A stretch of DNA of 63,091 nucleotides, the filler included, from Pelomyxa schiedti (lineage: Eukaryota; Protista; Evosea), in assembly GCA_020536535.1 (NCBI GenBank). It is 8 parts of 8 records of this genome, joined end to end, with 100 filler letters (N's around TTAATTAATTAA, not from the genome) between each part and the next. Parts side by side here need not be neighbours in the genome. Positions count along the whole stretch, not along the records: positions 32,875 to 55,944 come from JAHLWZ010001062.1; positions 56,045 to 57,057 come from JAHLWZ010003005.1; positions 57,158 to 58,457 come from JAHLWZ010002607.1; positions 58,558 to 60,144 come from JAHLWZ010002406.1; positions 60,245 to 61,252 come from JAHLWZ010003016.1; positions 61,353 to 63,091 come from JAHLWZ010002297.1; 2 more parts are not named here. One strand, given 5' to 3'. This document shows, piece by piece, positions 49,919-62,153 of the stretch. Both the position numbers and the translations under genes were made by a program. Position 1 is the first letter of the stretch. Each line of letters starts with the position of its first letter. The notes below the pieces were generated by a model. That model did no database searches. It saw only the letters and a program-made list of their open reading frames with translations, and had not been told where the DNA came from.

Positions 49919-52776
49919 CTAGAGGGATCCTAGTTTGTGCCACATGATTTGAGCATAGCGGGGAATGGGCCACATTGCGCCATTGGTGATTGTTTCGAGC
50001 TTGTCACAGTGGACTCTGACCGTCAGCATTGCGGCACCAACTTCGGAATTGAATGCAAAGGCTTGGCGCTGGCCGCGAAGACGCAAGGCCTGTTTTGAAG
50101 CTGTCAGTTAATTTGGAACCAGGGGAGATGTTTACCTTGGCAATGGTTGCTTCTAGGGCGGAATTGGCGGTTATTAGGGAGTTGATTAGTTGCGTGACGG
50201 ATACTAACAGTTGTCGTTGCGGTTCTACTGATTTTGTGCCCACAACAGTGCGGGCAGTCTGGATTGAATTCGCAAGAACTCCCTGGAAGCTGGCTTGATG
50301 TTAATGAAATCACTTTAGTGTTTTTTGGAGGAAACTTGGTAACAGCTGGCAAGATAAGTGTCCTGGCCATGTCTAGGCAACACTTGGCCTCTACTTCAAC
50401 TGTCTTGACGTAGAACCTTCTGAACATGTGGGCCAGGGCTTTTAACTCGATTTCTGATAAAACTTTCATGCTTGCAAATAGGTCTCTGTTCTTTGGGGTA
50501 TCCCACAGAGCTAGAGCTTTGGCTGTGGAGTCAATATTAATAAGTCCACGCTTGGCGCATTCTTTGCGGTAGGCTTGTGAATAACAATCTCTGTGGGAGA
50601 AAAGTATCGTGAATTTGTGCAAAGGAAACAAGAAGCATACCCATTGTATATTATTCGTTGGGCACCTGTAAGAGTAGATCGAATGATTTCATCAAAAGCA
50701 ACGACTGGGGCTGTCTTGGCTCTAAGGAGAGCTTCAACTTCATCACACATAGCATGAAGTGATTGCGCAACTAAATTCCATTAGAATGTACACTAGACTC
50801 AGGGAATACCTATTGTATTCATAACACAGATAGGGATAGCACAGTCCTGTGATGAACCAACTGCACGGAACTCAAACCTGTTCCCTAAAAACTTTTGGCA
50901 CTACAGCGTGAAGGAAGGTAGCTACCAGTGAATGCCATGGGTGATGTGCGGTTCCTGTCGCACATGTCACGTTTGATAACAGGGATCTGAGGAACTCCGA
51001 AGTCAAGAGTCTCTTTCCCTATTGTACCTGAGACTTTTTTCCCTGCCACAATACAATCAATAATCTAAAATGCAAAATGAAAGAAGTGCTGATTATGGTA
51101 CAAGATTACTGCTTGCAGATCTTCTCCTGTGTAAACAGTGATAATGCCTGGGGGTGCTTCCATTCCTCCGAGCCTAAACTCGTTCCCGGGGATAGCTATT
51201 GTAGCACGTAACAAATCAGAGTGCAGGTTGCAAGCACGAAGGAATGCAGCAAGGAAAAACATAAAAGGTTTGTTGTCCGCTGGGTTAGGCCCAGGGTTGT
51301 ACAAACTGCCTATTGGATTCGATTAGAAAGAGGAGTGAGAATGGAGAGGATGTGTAATCAATAAAACCACCAAATATAATATGCAAAAACCAACAATACC
51401 GAAGGCATTGTCAATACTCCAGTTCACGTGTTTTCCACTTCCATTAACACCCGCAAAAGGTTTCTCGTGTAGAAGGCATGCAAGTCCATGTTCTTCACAG
51501 ACATCCTCCAAAACCTGAATATTTCAGTGTGTACTAAAGTGAGAAAATACAAAATTTAACACCTGCATCATCATTGTATTTTGCTCCACTGCCACGACTG
51601 AGGGCCCATGGTATGGTACCATCTCGAATTGGGCTGGGGCAACCTCATTGTGAATTTGAGTTACAGGGACCCCCATTTCCCACAAACGTGTATGAGCAGC
51701 CTAGTGGGTTAATTAGTTATGAGTGCAACGAACAGCAAAGAGATACCTTTAGGCAGTTACGAACTCGAGCAGGAAGTGGTCCCCAGTAATGATCGGAGGG
51801 TTGTTGTGCTAGTGCAGGTGGAGCACCCATCACTGTGCGACCTATTGAAGTGGGCAGTAAAAGACATAATCGTTCATAAAAAGGGAACCAGTTAAAAACA
51901 AATCAGGGCGCATGGAAAATAGCTTCCTGTCTACAACGAAAATCTCCTGTTCCAGACCAACACATGACCTGAGGTCAGTATTTTTCACTGCTTGTGAGGG
52001 CTTGAGGCCAGTAAGAAGACGTAAATATTACTTTTGCAAATATTACCACAAGCCTGTTGAACAGATCAAAGAATCTCTTACCAGCGGTTACAACTGCAGT
52101 TTCGCTCCTCATCAAGTGCAAAATCGGCCCTGTTGCTTGTCCGTACATAGTACCAAAAATAGCTGGGACGAAAAGACAATTGTGCATGATGAAAGGCATG
52201 CTCGTAGGGTTCCAAACAGTGTAGCCTCGTGCAAATGATGTCCCACGAAGTCCGCCACTACAACAGGTGAGTACTGCCAAGAACAAAGTACAGGGAAACA
52301 ACCTAGGGAAACTGGATCCGTCTGTCTCGCCCTGCAGCAGCATTTTACCCGAGAACTTGGTAATTGGCTCTACGTCCCTGGGTCTGTCTGGCCTACTTTG
52401 GAGCGCGACAAAATACACGTCTTTTGTGGCGGCATGGGTACGGCACGGCTTGAACCAGTGTGTGAAGCAGGTAACGCCGTGGCTAAGAGCCCAAGATTTG
52501 AGTGCCGCGGCAACTGCATCGGCTGTTTTGGCGTCAATTGGTCTGTTGCCGGTAATCGCCTCCTGAACTTTAAGATACAGCTTGGGCGACATCCTCTCCT
52601 GTCAATAGTAAGAAGAATCGCTTGGTCAGACACCAGGCACAAGATCCCACTGGCATTCATTCGGTTTTTTGATTTTTTTTTTTTTTTAAATATGCCTTCA
52701 TAACGGCATCCGAAAAAACTTTGCTGCCAAACGATGCCATCATGTCACTCGTGGCCAACGCCGTGGGCTTCGCCAT
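49919..52776 (-). CDS. Glutamine synthetase type III; multi-exon
   Basis: [12 protein letters not shown]|[75 protein letters not shown] and [24 protein letters not shown]. Confidence 0.95.
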
Positions 52777-53003
52777 TTCGTCGTTCTTCTGCGAAACCAA
52801 GTGAGAGACTGATTGGGTCTCGAAGTGCGGGTTAGGAACATTCGTAGTCTCATTGCGCTCACCACTCTAGTACTCTTTGTGGTTGTCATTGGAGAGGTAA
52901 CCGACGCCCAGTGGACATGTCTGCATTCTTTCAAGGAAACGGAAGGCCTTCCCGAATGATACACAGATCTACAGATCAAAAAGGAAAAAAGCGAGGCAGG
53001 CAG

Positions 53004-55726
53004 ATGAGCCAGCAGCACGCAGACGCGCAGGCAACGGCCAACAACAGCAACAACAACAAGGCGGCGACAGCGCAGCAGGTGCTGCCGTCGACGCCGACCG
53101 CGATCTCGCAGTCGGCGCCCCGCGGCGGGCCGGGGACCAGCCTCACCCCGCAGACCCAGCCGAGCGGCGCCGCCGCCACCGCCTCCCATCGGCAGCACCA
53201 CTCCCACACGAGGAAAAAGCTGACGCAGCAGCAGCAGCAGCAGGCGCTCTCTGCGTCGGCTGCCGCAGCATCGTCCTCTGGCGCCCAGGGGGCTGCCCAC
53301 AGCGGGGCGGGGGACATGGTAGTGGGGGTCGGGAACATCGGGCAGGTGACGCCGATGACGCAGCCGCCGCCCCCGGCGCTGAGCAGCGCGGTGGCAACGG
53401 GAGCGGGAGGGGGAGGGGGCGGAGGCGGGGGCTCGAGGGGCGAGGGGCGGGGAGGCTCCCGGGGGGGCGGCGGGGGGGGCTCGCGCGGGGAATATGGCGT
53501 GGCGGCGCCCCTCGTGGTGGAGCCACCTCAAGCCAGTTCAGCTACTGCCGACTGCTTTCTGTGCTTGGTTGGCTTTGTTTTTTTTTTCGACATATTTTTT
53601 TTTGGGTGTTAGTATTATTATGTTAACTCTGGTTTATTCAAAAGAAAGCAAAAGCACCTTGTGATCACAACTTCCCATGTGGACGTTGTGTCAGCATGAA
53701 AGTACCTCACATGTGCCTTAGCGCGTGTGTCCTCACTTTTTTTTTTTTTTTGAATTTTTTCCAAAAATCGTGTTTAGTACATACCAACCATTCTCCTTTC
53801 TTCCAACAGAGATAGCATTAATAGACGATTGCACTCTTCTCAATCTTCAGCAGCAAAAGTGTGTGGTCTTAACATATTACTTCCTTTTGTAAATGCACCT
53901 TGTATATTCCAGCTTGATCCATCATTTATTCTTGGGGAACTGAGTGCAATGAAGCGGGAGCAACGGAAACTCTATGAAGAGGTCATGTCCCTACGAAAAC
54001 AGAATGAGAGGTTGGAGATGGCTCTTGCCAGTCAATCCCCTTCCTTATCCCCTGCATCCTCCGGATCATTCTCTTGTCATTCTCCCCAACTTCTTTTGAC
54101 TGAATTAAATAGTATGTAGTATAACTTTTGGAGCACATTTTTCTTCATAGGTTTTGAAATCAAATAATTCAAGTGTCTTATTTACTAACTGAAAGTAAAG
54201 AATCCCACAGTTCTTCAGACCATGAGCGCACACCACTCCTCCGAATGGGCCGTGCAATGGTGGTTTCGAATCCAACCCCACCAGCTCCAGCAACTAAAGG
54301 GATGTTGTTGCAAGACCAGCAAGCCATTGTAATATTTGATCTGAGCCAAAATCCCGCCACAGTTTTGAATGCCACAGAACGATTTTGTCAAGTCTTAGGC
54401 TATGGAGTGGTTCGTACTCCATCTGCTTGTGGCAATGAATTTTCAACAAGAACTACAGGAGGAAGTTATGGGAATGGCCTGGCACAAACTGATACACCGG
54501 GATTATGTTGACCGAACCATGAACATTCTCCAAAAAAACATGAACAATACAATTGACATCGACCAGTTATATGTTCACAAAGATGGCAGATTATTTAGTG
54601 CAAATGACACCCATCGGATATTTTTGAACCCAGAAGGTTTGCAATAACTGATAACACCCAAAAAATGAAATTCTGTTGTTCAATAGGAAAACCTCTTCTT
54701 GACATTGTATCGGTTCGTCTCCATACAACTGAACCGCACATAACAGGCCTCCAAGCCCTCCCTCCACCTATGTGAGATTTGACAATTCAATTTCTTATTT
54801 CATTCTAATCACAGCTAAGTGGTCCACCAATGCTAGAGGGAGCCGAATCGCTTGTATCTTCGTTATCTCCTAAAACCTATCACGCACAGCATTCGATCTC
54901 ACGTGGCTCTTCTCGTCCTCCAGCACGCACATTGGCTTACCCTTACCCCTCAGTGCACCCACTTCCCAGTCAGGTGCACAACTTTTTTTTTTTTAATTTC
55001 GTAATATCCCTCTAGCAGCCAGCATATTGGCCAGATACAGGCCCAGTAATGCCACCTCAGCTTCCATACATTTCTACTCCCTCCACCAACGGTTTAACAC
55101 AGTCGGACAACATCACCAACGCCGATCCGTGTAAAAGTACTGACCAGCATTTTCCTACATACAGTTCTCAAAATCCAAGTATCAAACTTCCCACAGTAAC
55201 ACATTTTTACTTACTTGATGCAGGATTTAGTGACCCAGGGTGTGGAGGGTATGTACCTTCCATTTCTACAACACCGTATGATCAGACCTGTGGCGCACAG
55301 CCTAACCTTAGTCCACACGGCAATGTATCCACAGCACCCCTATACACTACACAACCAATGCTTCACATGCAACAACCCATCCAACAACCTCCACAACTAC
55401 AAATGCCACTCCCACTTCCACAACAAAACCTTCAAGGCAACCTCCAACCACTCCCCGAGGAGCACCTTCCACAATTACCAATGCAACCATTAGCAACCCC
55501 CACACCACCCCCTCCAATACCCTTTGGGGTTCAAATGCAACAAATGGAGGTCAACCAACACCAAATCCCACAACATCAACATCAGCAACAGCAACACAAC
55601 TTAGCTATGCCATTCACTCCAGGCCATGTGGATGCCAACGGCGTCCAGAAGGGCAGCTATACTGAAGATGAACTCTTCCAACTTATTATGGACTCGGAAG
55701 CTTTCACTGTGCACAACATTCCCTAA
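53004..55726 (+). CDS. Zn(II)2Cys6 cluster + coiled coil + PAS domain transcription factor; multi-exon
   Basis: CFLCL|KAKAPCDHNFPCGRCVSMKVPHMC gives C-x2-C-x6-C-x5-C-x2-C-x8-C across an intron. Coiled coil ELSAMKREQRKLYEEVMSLRKQNERLE. PAS domain NATERFCQVLGYGV|EEVMG..LIHRD..HKDG. Pro/Gln-rich tail. Confidence 0.8.
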
Positions 55727-56229
55727 CCCACCAACACAAAACCAAAAAAACCCCCAAAACACGTGGAATGACGTTTTGCTATATTCGATACATGATATAA
55801 GATACTCTTTTTTTTTTTTGTTACTTGTTACTCCCCTGTTAGAATAGCTACAAACTCGTCTTTGCTAACCATTCCATCACCTTGGGTTACAGTTAGTGAT
55901 GTTGAGTGAGAACGCCATATACCGTCTTTGTCAGCTTCGGCAATNNNNNNNNNNNNNNNNNNNNNNNNNNNNNNNNNNNNNNNNNNNNTTAATTAATTAA
56001 NNNNNNNNNNNNNNNNNNNNNNNNNNNNNNNNNNNNNNNNNNNNTTGCACCCCGTGGCCGATGGTCTTGTAGAAAACGCCTTTTTTTTCCGTCTCAGTTC
56101 CTCGTCTCTGGACTGAGAAAACTAATAAACCCGATAAAAAGTGTGCACACTTGGGCAGTCCCAAGTGTTAGATGTTTTATCTTACAACTTTGTCTTAACT
56201 ATTTACACGATACAGAGGGGGTTTATAAT

Positions 56230-57057
56230 GTGGGTCGGTGGGCTGGTGCCTGTTAGCTTGAACTCCCTCGTTCCCGTGAATGACCATAATTAGTTGGCCA
56301 ACTTGGCGCCCAATCACCGCATCGAGATTCCCTGAATCCATCGGCCATCACTCCTCACACCAGACTTGATTTTTTTGTTCCCTGTTCTGTGGGTGCCGTT
56401 CCTGGGTTGTATCAATGCACACCCCCATCAGACGTGTTTTTTGGGGTAAGTCTAATTTAGGGTCCACACTTCGATATCACTGACCACCCATGAGTTGTAC
56501 GTTCCAGCAAGGTATTCGTTTGGGGGGTTGTGCTGTGGCTGCTCACAGTAACCGGAGCTCAGGCTTGTGTAGCTGCCTGTTTGTGTATTGCTGTTGCTGC
56601 ATACGTACAAGGCGTGTCCACCACAATACGTCGGTCCATAAGCAGTGTGGGAGCAGATGCAGTGGTTGTGGGAGGTCTCTTTGCACCTGAGGACTGTGCC
56701 TGTTGTGGTTCCGGCACGAACAAGGCTGTATACAAAAGTGCGTCCCCCACACCCTCCTCTATAGTCCTCGCCGTTGTAAAACTGAATGTTTGTGTATCCT
56801 CCACATATATCTGCGGATTATCACTTAATTCCATATTCATTCATTAACTGAGGTGATGATAACACACAGTTTGTTGTGGTCCTGACAATGGACAGCGTTG
56901 GGGTGATGTTGTTGCACAGTTCATGGAACTTGGCAGCACCGAAACCGTGGTCTGATCCACGCCACAGCAGCCGCCACGTTGTGTTTGTCATCTTGTGGCC
57001 CATGGCACCCTCTGCGCCAACAACCATCTCGTGCAACTTGTTGTCGAGTTCACGTGT
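56230..57057 (-). CDS. TLDc-domain protein fragment
   Basis: WRLLWRGSDHGFGAAKFHELCNNITPTLSIVRT is the start of a TLDc domain. Contig fragment; the 3' end is approximate. Confidence 0.6.
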
Positions 57058-57157
57058 NNNNNNNNNNNNNNNNNNNNNNNNNNNNNNNNNNNNNNNNNNN
57101 NTTAATTAATTAANNNNNNNNNNNNNNNNNNNNNNNNNNNNNNNNNNNNNNNNNNNN

Positions 57158-57497
57158 TCATCAAGTGCAACCCATCCACATTCTGGGTGATGACAAACTT
57201 CACGAGGCCTGAGTCCACCATTTTCTTGATAAGTATGTGCCCCAGAGTAGGTGATGGCAACTTGCCCCTTTCTCCCCACGGCTTCAATTCAGCCACGCGA
57301 CCCTGGTCCAGTAGTGTCCACTGACCCGTGGGTCCCCTGAAATCAGGAATTCCAGCTGAAGTAGACACGCCAGCCCCAGTGAAGACTACAGGGTGCCTAG
57401 CTGTCTTCATCAACTCGGCAACTGCAACAACCTTTGATTCCACAACCGCTTCATCCTCCTCTTGCTCCGGCAGAGGGTTAGCAGCACCGTGTGACAT
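57158..57497 (-). CDS. Sirtuin (SIRT6/7-like, class IV), 5' fragment
   Basis: VVFTGAGVSTSAGIPDFRGPTGQWT, PTLGH and ITQNVDGLH. Confidence 0.92.
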
Positions 57498-57595
57498 TTC
57501 AAAATTCGAATAGAACGCTTGTCAAACTACCAGTACGTTGGTTTGTTGTGGTGCAAGCAACGGAAAAATTCTCATCACAAAACGAAAAAAGGGTG

Positions 57596-57790
57596 ATGGG
57601 GTGCATATGTGGGAAGAAAGGGGAGAGACTTGGAGGAGGCACAGAGGGTTCGTCGACGACAACATCGACGTCGGCATCGTCGGGCGGCACCCCTGCGTCG
57701 GACGACGCGGACGCCAAAAGGGCACTCATGGCTTCCGCTGCGGAGGAGAGGTTGAAGAAGCAACAACAAAGAGGGATGAAGAAGCACTGA
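57596..57790 (+). CDS. SVIP: Small VCP/p97-interacting protein-like (64 aa)
   Basis: Acylation-type N-terminus MGCICG and a VIM-like motif KRALMASAAEERL..RG. Confidence 0.7.
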   Translation: MGCICGKKGERLGGGTEGSSTTTSTSASSGGTPASDDADAKRALMASAAEERLKKQQQRGMKKH

Positions 57791-58034
57791 AACCACGATT
57801 CCTTCTGTGCCCAGATGTCAACACCCTCAGTATTTCTATCGCCCTATTTGCTTCTTACTTTCACAAAGGGGGAAGCCAATTCGCCCAATTGAGCGTTGGT
57901 CCGGACTAGTCTACACCACTCCTTCACTGAAAAGATGAAGACGTTTTTCGTGACCCATAACGAAAACACCGGAAGAAAGAAAAAAAAACCAAGTAAACCA
58001 ACGAGTGTTTTGTAGCCTATACTATACAGCACGA

Positions 58035-58457
58035 ATGAGAGGGCAACAAAAACGTGAGCTTTTCACGTGGGAGAGTATTGAGTTGATGGTGGCCATCGGT
58101 TGGGGCCTGGGCCTCGTTTTTGGTGCCGGGGTTGCCGTGGTATTCATGGCGCCTTCCTGGCTCAATTTTGCACTTTTGGGAATCAGCATGTCTGTTTTCC
58201 ATATGTGGGAATGGCTTTTTGTTGCTCTCAAACGGCCCCATGACTTGTCGGGACACTGTAGGGATCCATGCTTTTTTTTTTTTTCGTATTTTCACCTTTG
58301 TTTTTCCAAATAGCGTTTTTGCTTGATCACAGCACAGAGTACACAATTGCCTGGGGATTTTGTATTACCGAGTACCTTGTTGAACGTTACTTCTTCCCTG
58401 GTCTCAAGCAGCACACGTATATTACTGTACCTCTATCTTAGTAGTTTATTTATTCTC
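58035..58457 (+). CDS. ICMT: Isoprenylcysteine carboxyl methyltransferase (Ste14), 5' fragment
   Basis: FHMWEWLFVALKRP..AFLLDHSTEYTIAWGFCITEYLVERYFFPGLK. Confidence 0.8.
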
Positions 58458-58557
58458 NNNNNNNNNNNNNNNNNNNNNNNNNNNNNNNNNNNNNNNNNNN
58501 NTTAATTAATTAANNNNNNNNNNNNNNNNNNNNNNNNNNNNNNNNNNNNNNNNNNNN

Positions 58558-60144
58558 ATTAGAGGAGCGAGAAACAGAAGGAAATGACAATTGAATCATA
58601 TTAGTATTGACAGTTGTATCTCTGTTCGGCATCTGCCCGGTGAAGTCGTTGCCAGAAAGGTCACTTGCAACGATCAGAGACAAAGAAAAAAACATGTTTA
58701 CATACACATAAGAAATCTTGCTATTAACCAAGGCATAAGAAAGAGATCCAGAAAGCTGGTTGTAGCTTAAATCCCTGTGCAACCATTAACCGAAGAAAAA
58801 GGAATTAAAAAATACAGGTATTTTATGGAAGTGCTGGCAGAAATGGAGGCTGGAATGGAACCGGTCAGAATATTGTTTTGTGCATATCTGACTGGAGTAA
58901 AAAAAAAAAACAGAAATGGCTTCTCGTTACAAGTATGTAAGTGAAGTCATGGCAGAGAAAATATCCGGAATAGTCCCGGCAATTTTGTTGTCTTGGAGAT
59001 AAAGTTTGCTTAACACAGAGAGTTTTCCAATGGTGGTAGGTATGTTGGTAAGGCTGTTACTTTGCATTAAACTGCGTAGAAATTAGTGTAAACGAGAAAT
59101 CACTCAATACAACATTGTCACTGCCGAAGTCAAATAGCCAATGTCAATGGGGATAGATCCCGAAAGAGAGTTGTGATCTAACATTCTTGTGGAGGAAGTA
59201 AGTAGAGGAAAGGAAAAGGAATCCCTACAGGATAGACAGCTTCGAAAACGGGGCAAACATGGAGGGGGGCAGGGATCCTACTAGATTGTTGTAGGCCAAA
59301 TTCCTATAGAAGGAAATTGAGCACAAAATAAATTTATGAATTCACAGACAAGGTAATGATCCTGCCGTTGCTGTCACAGTCTACGCCGTACCACAAAGGA
59401 GTCGACCCGGAGCATGGCTTTCCATTCAACCACGAAGTTTGTGAGTACCAGTCAAGTCCTCCTGTTGACCAGTACAGATTGTAAAGAGCTTGCACTTCAA
59501 ATTGTGAATAAAAACGACCAGTGTAAGCGTTTCTTACATTCAGTGGGGCCGATATCCATGTAGGTGCTCCCGAATGTTTCCATTGTAAGAGGAGAACAAG
59601 CACCAGAATCAGGTCCAAAGCTGAATAAATCTAAAAAGGAGATTAGAGAAGATGGCTGAATGTCTCCACATACGGAAAAGTCCAGCCACATTTGTAGTGA
59701 GTGTTGCTGACATTCTGGATTGAATAGCGGTGGCATCGAGAATAGTGTTCCAAATACGAAGCTCATCAATTGCAAACGAAGGAAGGGTCGTGTCAGTGGT
59801 GACATCGGTAACTAAAAGAAAAGAGACACTGAGATTCTGCGAATCTTTCATTTCCGGGTTCGTACCAACTTTTTTCCCCAGGGCGAGCTTTCCAGGGCTC
59901 GCTACTACTGATGCAGTTCCGGTAACTGTCGCTGTCAAAACACCATTGATGTAGAACTTCGCTGTAGCTAGATCATAGGAAACCTGGGTGGGTGTTTCTT
60001 TCAGGGGGAAAAAAAAAAAGAAAGGATAGTACAGCAATGTGTGTCCACATATCCGCCTTGAGGAAGATTGCTGTTGCCGGCCTGAGAGAAACAGTACTTG
60101 TGTACCTAAAACAGGATGAGTTGGGCGGAAGGAACTTAAAAACA
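58558..60144 (-). CDS. LamG/ConA-like + plant-type LRR receptor-like ectodomain fragment
   Basis: LamG_3-like AKFYINGVL..LALG..IDELRIWN; LRRNT-like EVQALYNLYWSTGG..W..PC..WYGVDC; LRRs LAYNNLVGSLP, LDHNSLSGSIP and LSYNQLSG. Confidence 0.75.
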
Positions 60145-60244
60145 NNNNNNNNNNNNNNNNNNNNNNNNNNNNNNNNNNNNNNNNNNNNTTAATTAATTAA
60201 NNNNNNNNNNNNNNNNNNNNNNNNNNNNNNNNNNNNNNNNNNNN

Positions 60245-60571
60245 AAACTTGTTACATTTATCAAAATGCGCAAACGCGTTCTCAGTCTCTACATCAAGCA
60301 ACTCCACCACTAGGTATTTAAACTGGAGTTCATGAACAACAACCATCAGAGAGAAAAGCATCACAGAACCAAATACATTACAATAATGGAGAAAAAAAAA
60401 ACACAAGAAGAAAAACGAAGTGGCAGGTACACGAACCCTCTTTGGCCATTTTGGTACGATGTACGCTGCGGCCACGACTATGTGAGTGATTCCGTTCTTG
60501 TCCAACAGATCTTGGTCCTCGGACGACTTGTGGTCCCCAATGTACAGTCCCCCAAGCACCCGGTTCATCAT
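60245..60571 (-). CDS. Dual-specificity protein phosphatase, 5' fragment
   Basis: MNRVLGGLYIGD..DLLDKNGITHIV..FKYLVVELLD..HFDKCNKF. Confidence 0.8.
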
Positions 60572-60687
60572 CAATTGAGGCCGGTTCCTCTTTCGTAAAA
60601 ATGTGATGGTTTTAAACAAAGGACTTTCAAGCGATTGGAAATTTTTTCTTGTACTCAAACGTGAATGAAAAAACGAAACATTGGTCC

Positions 60688-60758
60688 GTACGTTTAGTAT
60701 AATGGTAGAATAGCCGATTGCCACAAGGCTGACGGGGGTTCGAATCCTCCAGCGTGCG
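60688..60758 (+). tRNA. tRNA-Gly(GCC)-like gene with defective D and anticodon stems
   Basis: Acceptor GTACGTT/AGCGTGC, T arm GGGGG-TTCGAAT-CCTCC, loop TTGCCAC, A and B boxes and a T6 terminator. The anticodon stem GCCGA/AAGGC has two mismatches. Confidence 0.6.
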
Positions 60759-60842
60759 GATCTTTTTTGTGGTTTCCCTCCTCTCTTTTTTCGTTCACAC
60801 CAACACAAGAATACAAGGCCTTCATCATACGTGTGCGTGCGG

Positions 60843-61125
60843 ATGTACGACAACAGCGACAACCGACCAGGGCCACGCACAATACGTGGCGGTGCTACTG
60901 GTGGTGGTGTTAATAGTAACAGCAGCAGCAACAACGGCGGGGGGGGAGACCGACGCCAAGATCTTGGTGCTGGTGCTGCTGCTGTTGTTGGTGGTGGTGT
61001 TAGTAGTACTTACGACGACGGGGGGGCGGGGGTTGGCCAGCAGGTCGCGTCGTTCGTGGCCAAGACCGCTGACTTCTTGGCCACGTACTTTGTGTCTGGG
61101 TCGCTGGACTCATCGTCTCGTGGGG
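60843..61125 (+). CDS. First exon of an unknown Gly-rich protein (fragment)
   Basis: GC-rich open frame MYDNSDNRPGPRTIRGG... ending at a GTATGT donor. No family recognised. Confidence 0.4.
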
Positions 61126-61173
61126 TATGTGGGTGTTCCCTGCCAAAGCACCCCCACCCCCCCTCACTGTATT

Positions 61174-61211
<38 letters not shown>

Positions 61212-61411
61212 TCCACTGTGAATCATGGTGGAGAGAAACACTTGGACAGCATNNNNNNNNNNNNNNNNNNNNNNNNNNNNNNNNNNNNNNNNNNNNTTAA
61301 TTAATTAANNNNNNNNNNNNNNNNNNNNNNNNNNNNNNNNNNNNNNNNNNNNCCAAACGAGAACTCACCACACACTACAGTGACCGGCTGGTGTGCACGA
61401 TAACAACCGAC

Positions 61412-61729
61412 ATGGCAACGTACCACGCCAACACGGAGCTCGCCTCGCACTCCCAACCGGTTGCGAGCATAACGCCAAAGACCACAACAACATCAACACC
61501 ACCACCGCCGGCGACAAACGGGGAGGAGAAAGCAGCAGCATCGAATCCCAAGGAGGTGATGATGCAGCATGCCTCCCGTGTGGCCACAAGGAACATAAAT
61601 GCATACAAGAGGTACTTGGTGGAGGGCATTCCATTGCAGGGCATTGGCAACAGCGACCTGAGTGTGACTTATGTGACGCTTGGAAATGTTTGCCAACAGA
61701 GGATCGAGCGAGCCAAGTCCACCCATTAG
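61412..61729 (+). CDS. Hypothetical protein (possibly a 3' fragment)
   Basis: Coding-like ORF with no recognisable motif. Confidence 0.35.
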   Translation: MATYHANTELASHSQPVASITPKTTTTSTPPPPATNGEEKAAASNPKEVMMQHASRVATRNINAYKRYLVEGIPLQGIGNSDLSVTYVTLGNVCQQRIERAKSTH

Positions 61730-62153
61730 TGTACACTGTGGGTGGGTGTGTGGGTTGTTGGTGTGACACCAACTGGCACATCACTTCCACCACCGTCATC
61801 CTCATTCATCATTTCCACCACAGCCACAATCACACGGCAGTATCACCCACGGCCACCCACGTGTAAATTTTATTAAATGGCACCGGCCTGGGCCTTTTTT
61901 GTTGAGTAATTGAATTTGCAGACTGCTCATCACCAACTCTTTTTCGCGGTCATCACAGTTTTCTTTGGTTTTTCGTTATCGAAGATCAGATCAGAGCGGT
62001 TCTTTTTAAAATTCCTTTTGACGTCGTGATCATCCCCGTGACCTGCATTGACCCAGGATCATTCAAGGAACCCAAGGTTTTCTTTTTGTGCAACAAGCCC
62101 GAAACCATGCAACCGGAACAAAATCAGAAGAGGGCGCTGTTGGTCCCCACAAA

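Noticed and set aside
52740-53531. Long antisense ORFs over GC-rich first exons (also at 6391-6842, 15694-16641, 26810-27609 and 29986-30498)
   Set aside because: Shadow frames of GC-rich, low-complexity coding sequence.
45288-58457. Prenylation cluster (G-gamma CaaX with ICMT and SVIP)
   Set aside because: G-gamma is on a different contig from ICMT and SVIP; the pieces are joined artificially.
60843-61125. Selenoprotein K-like gene
   Set aside because: Only a vague compositional resemblance, and the gene is truncated, so no UGA or SECIS can be assessed.
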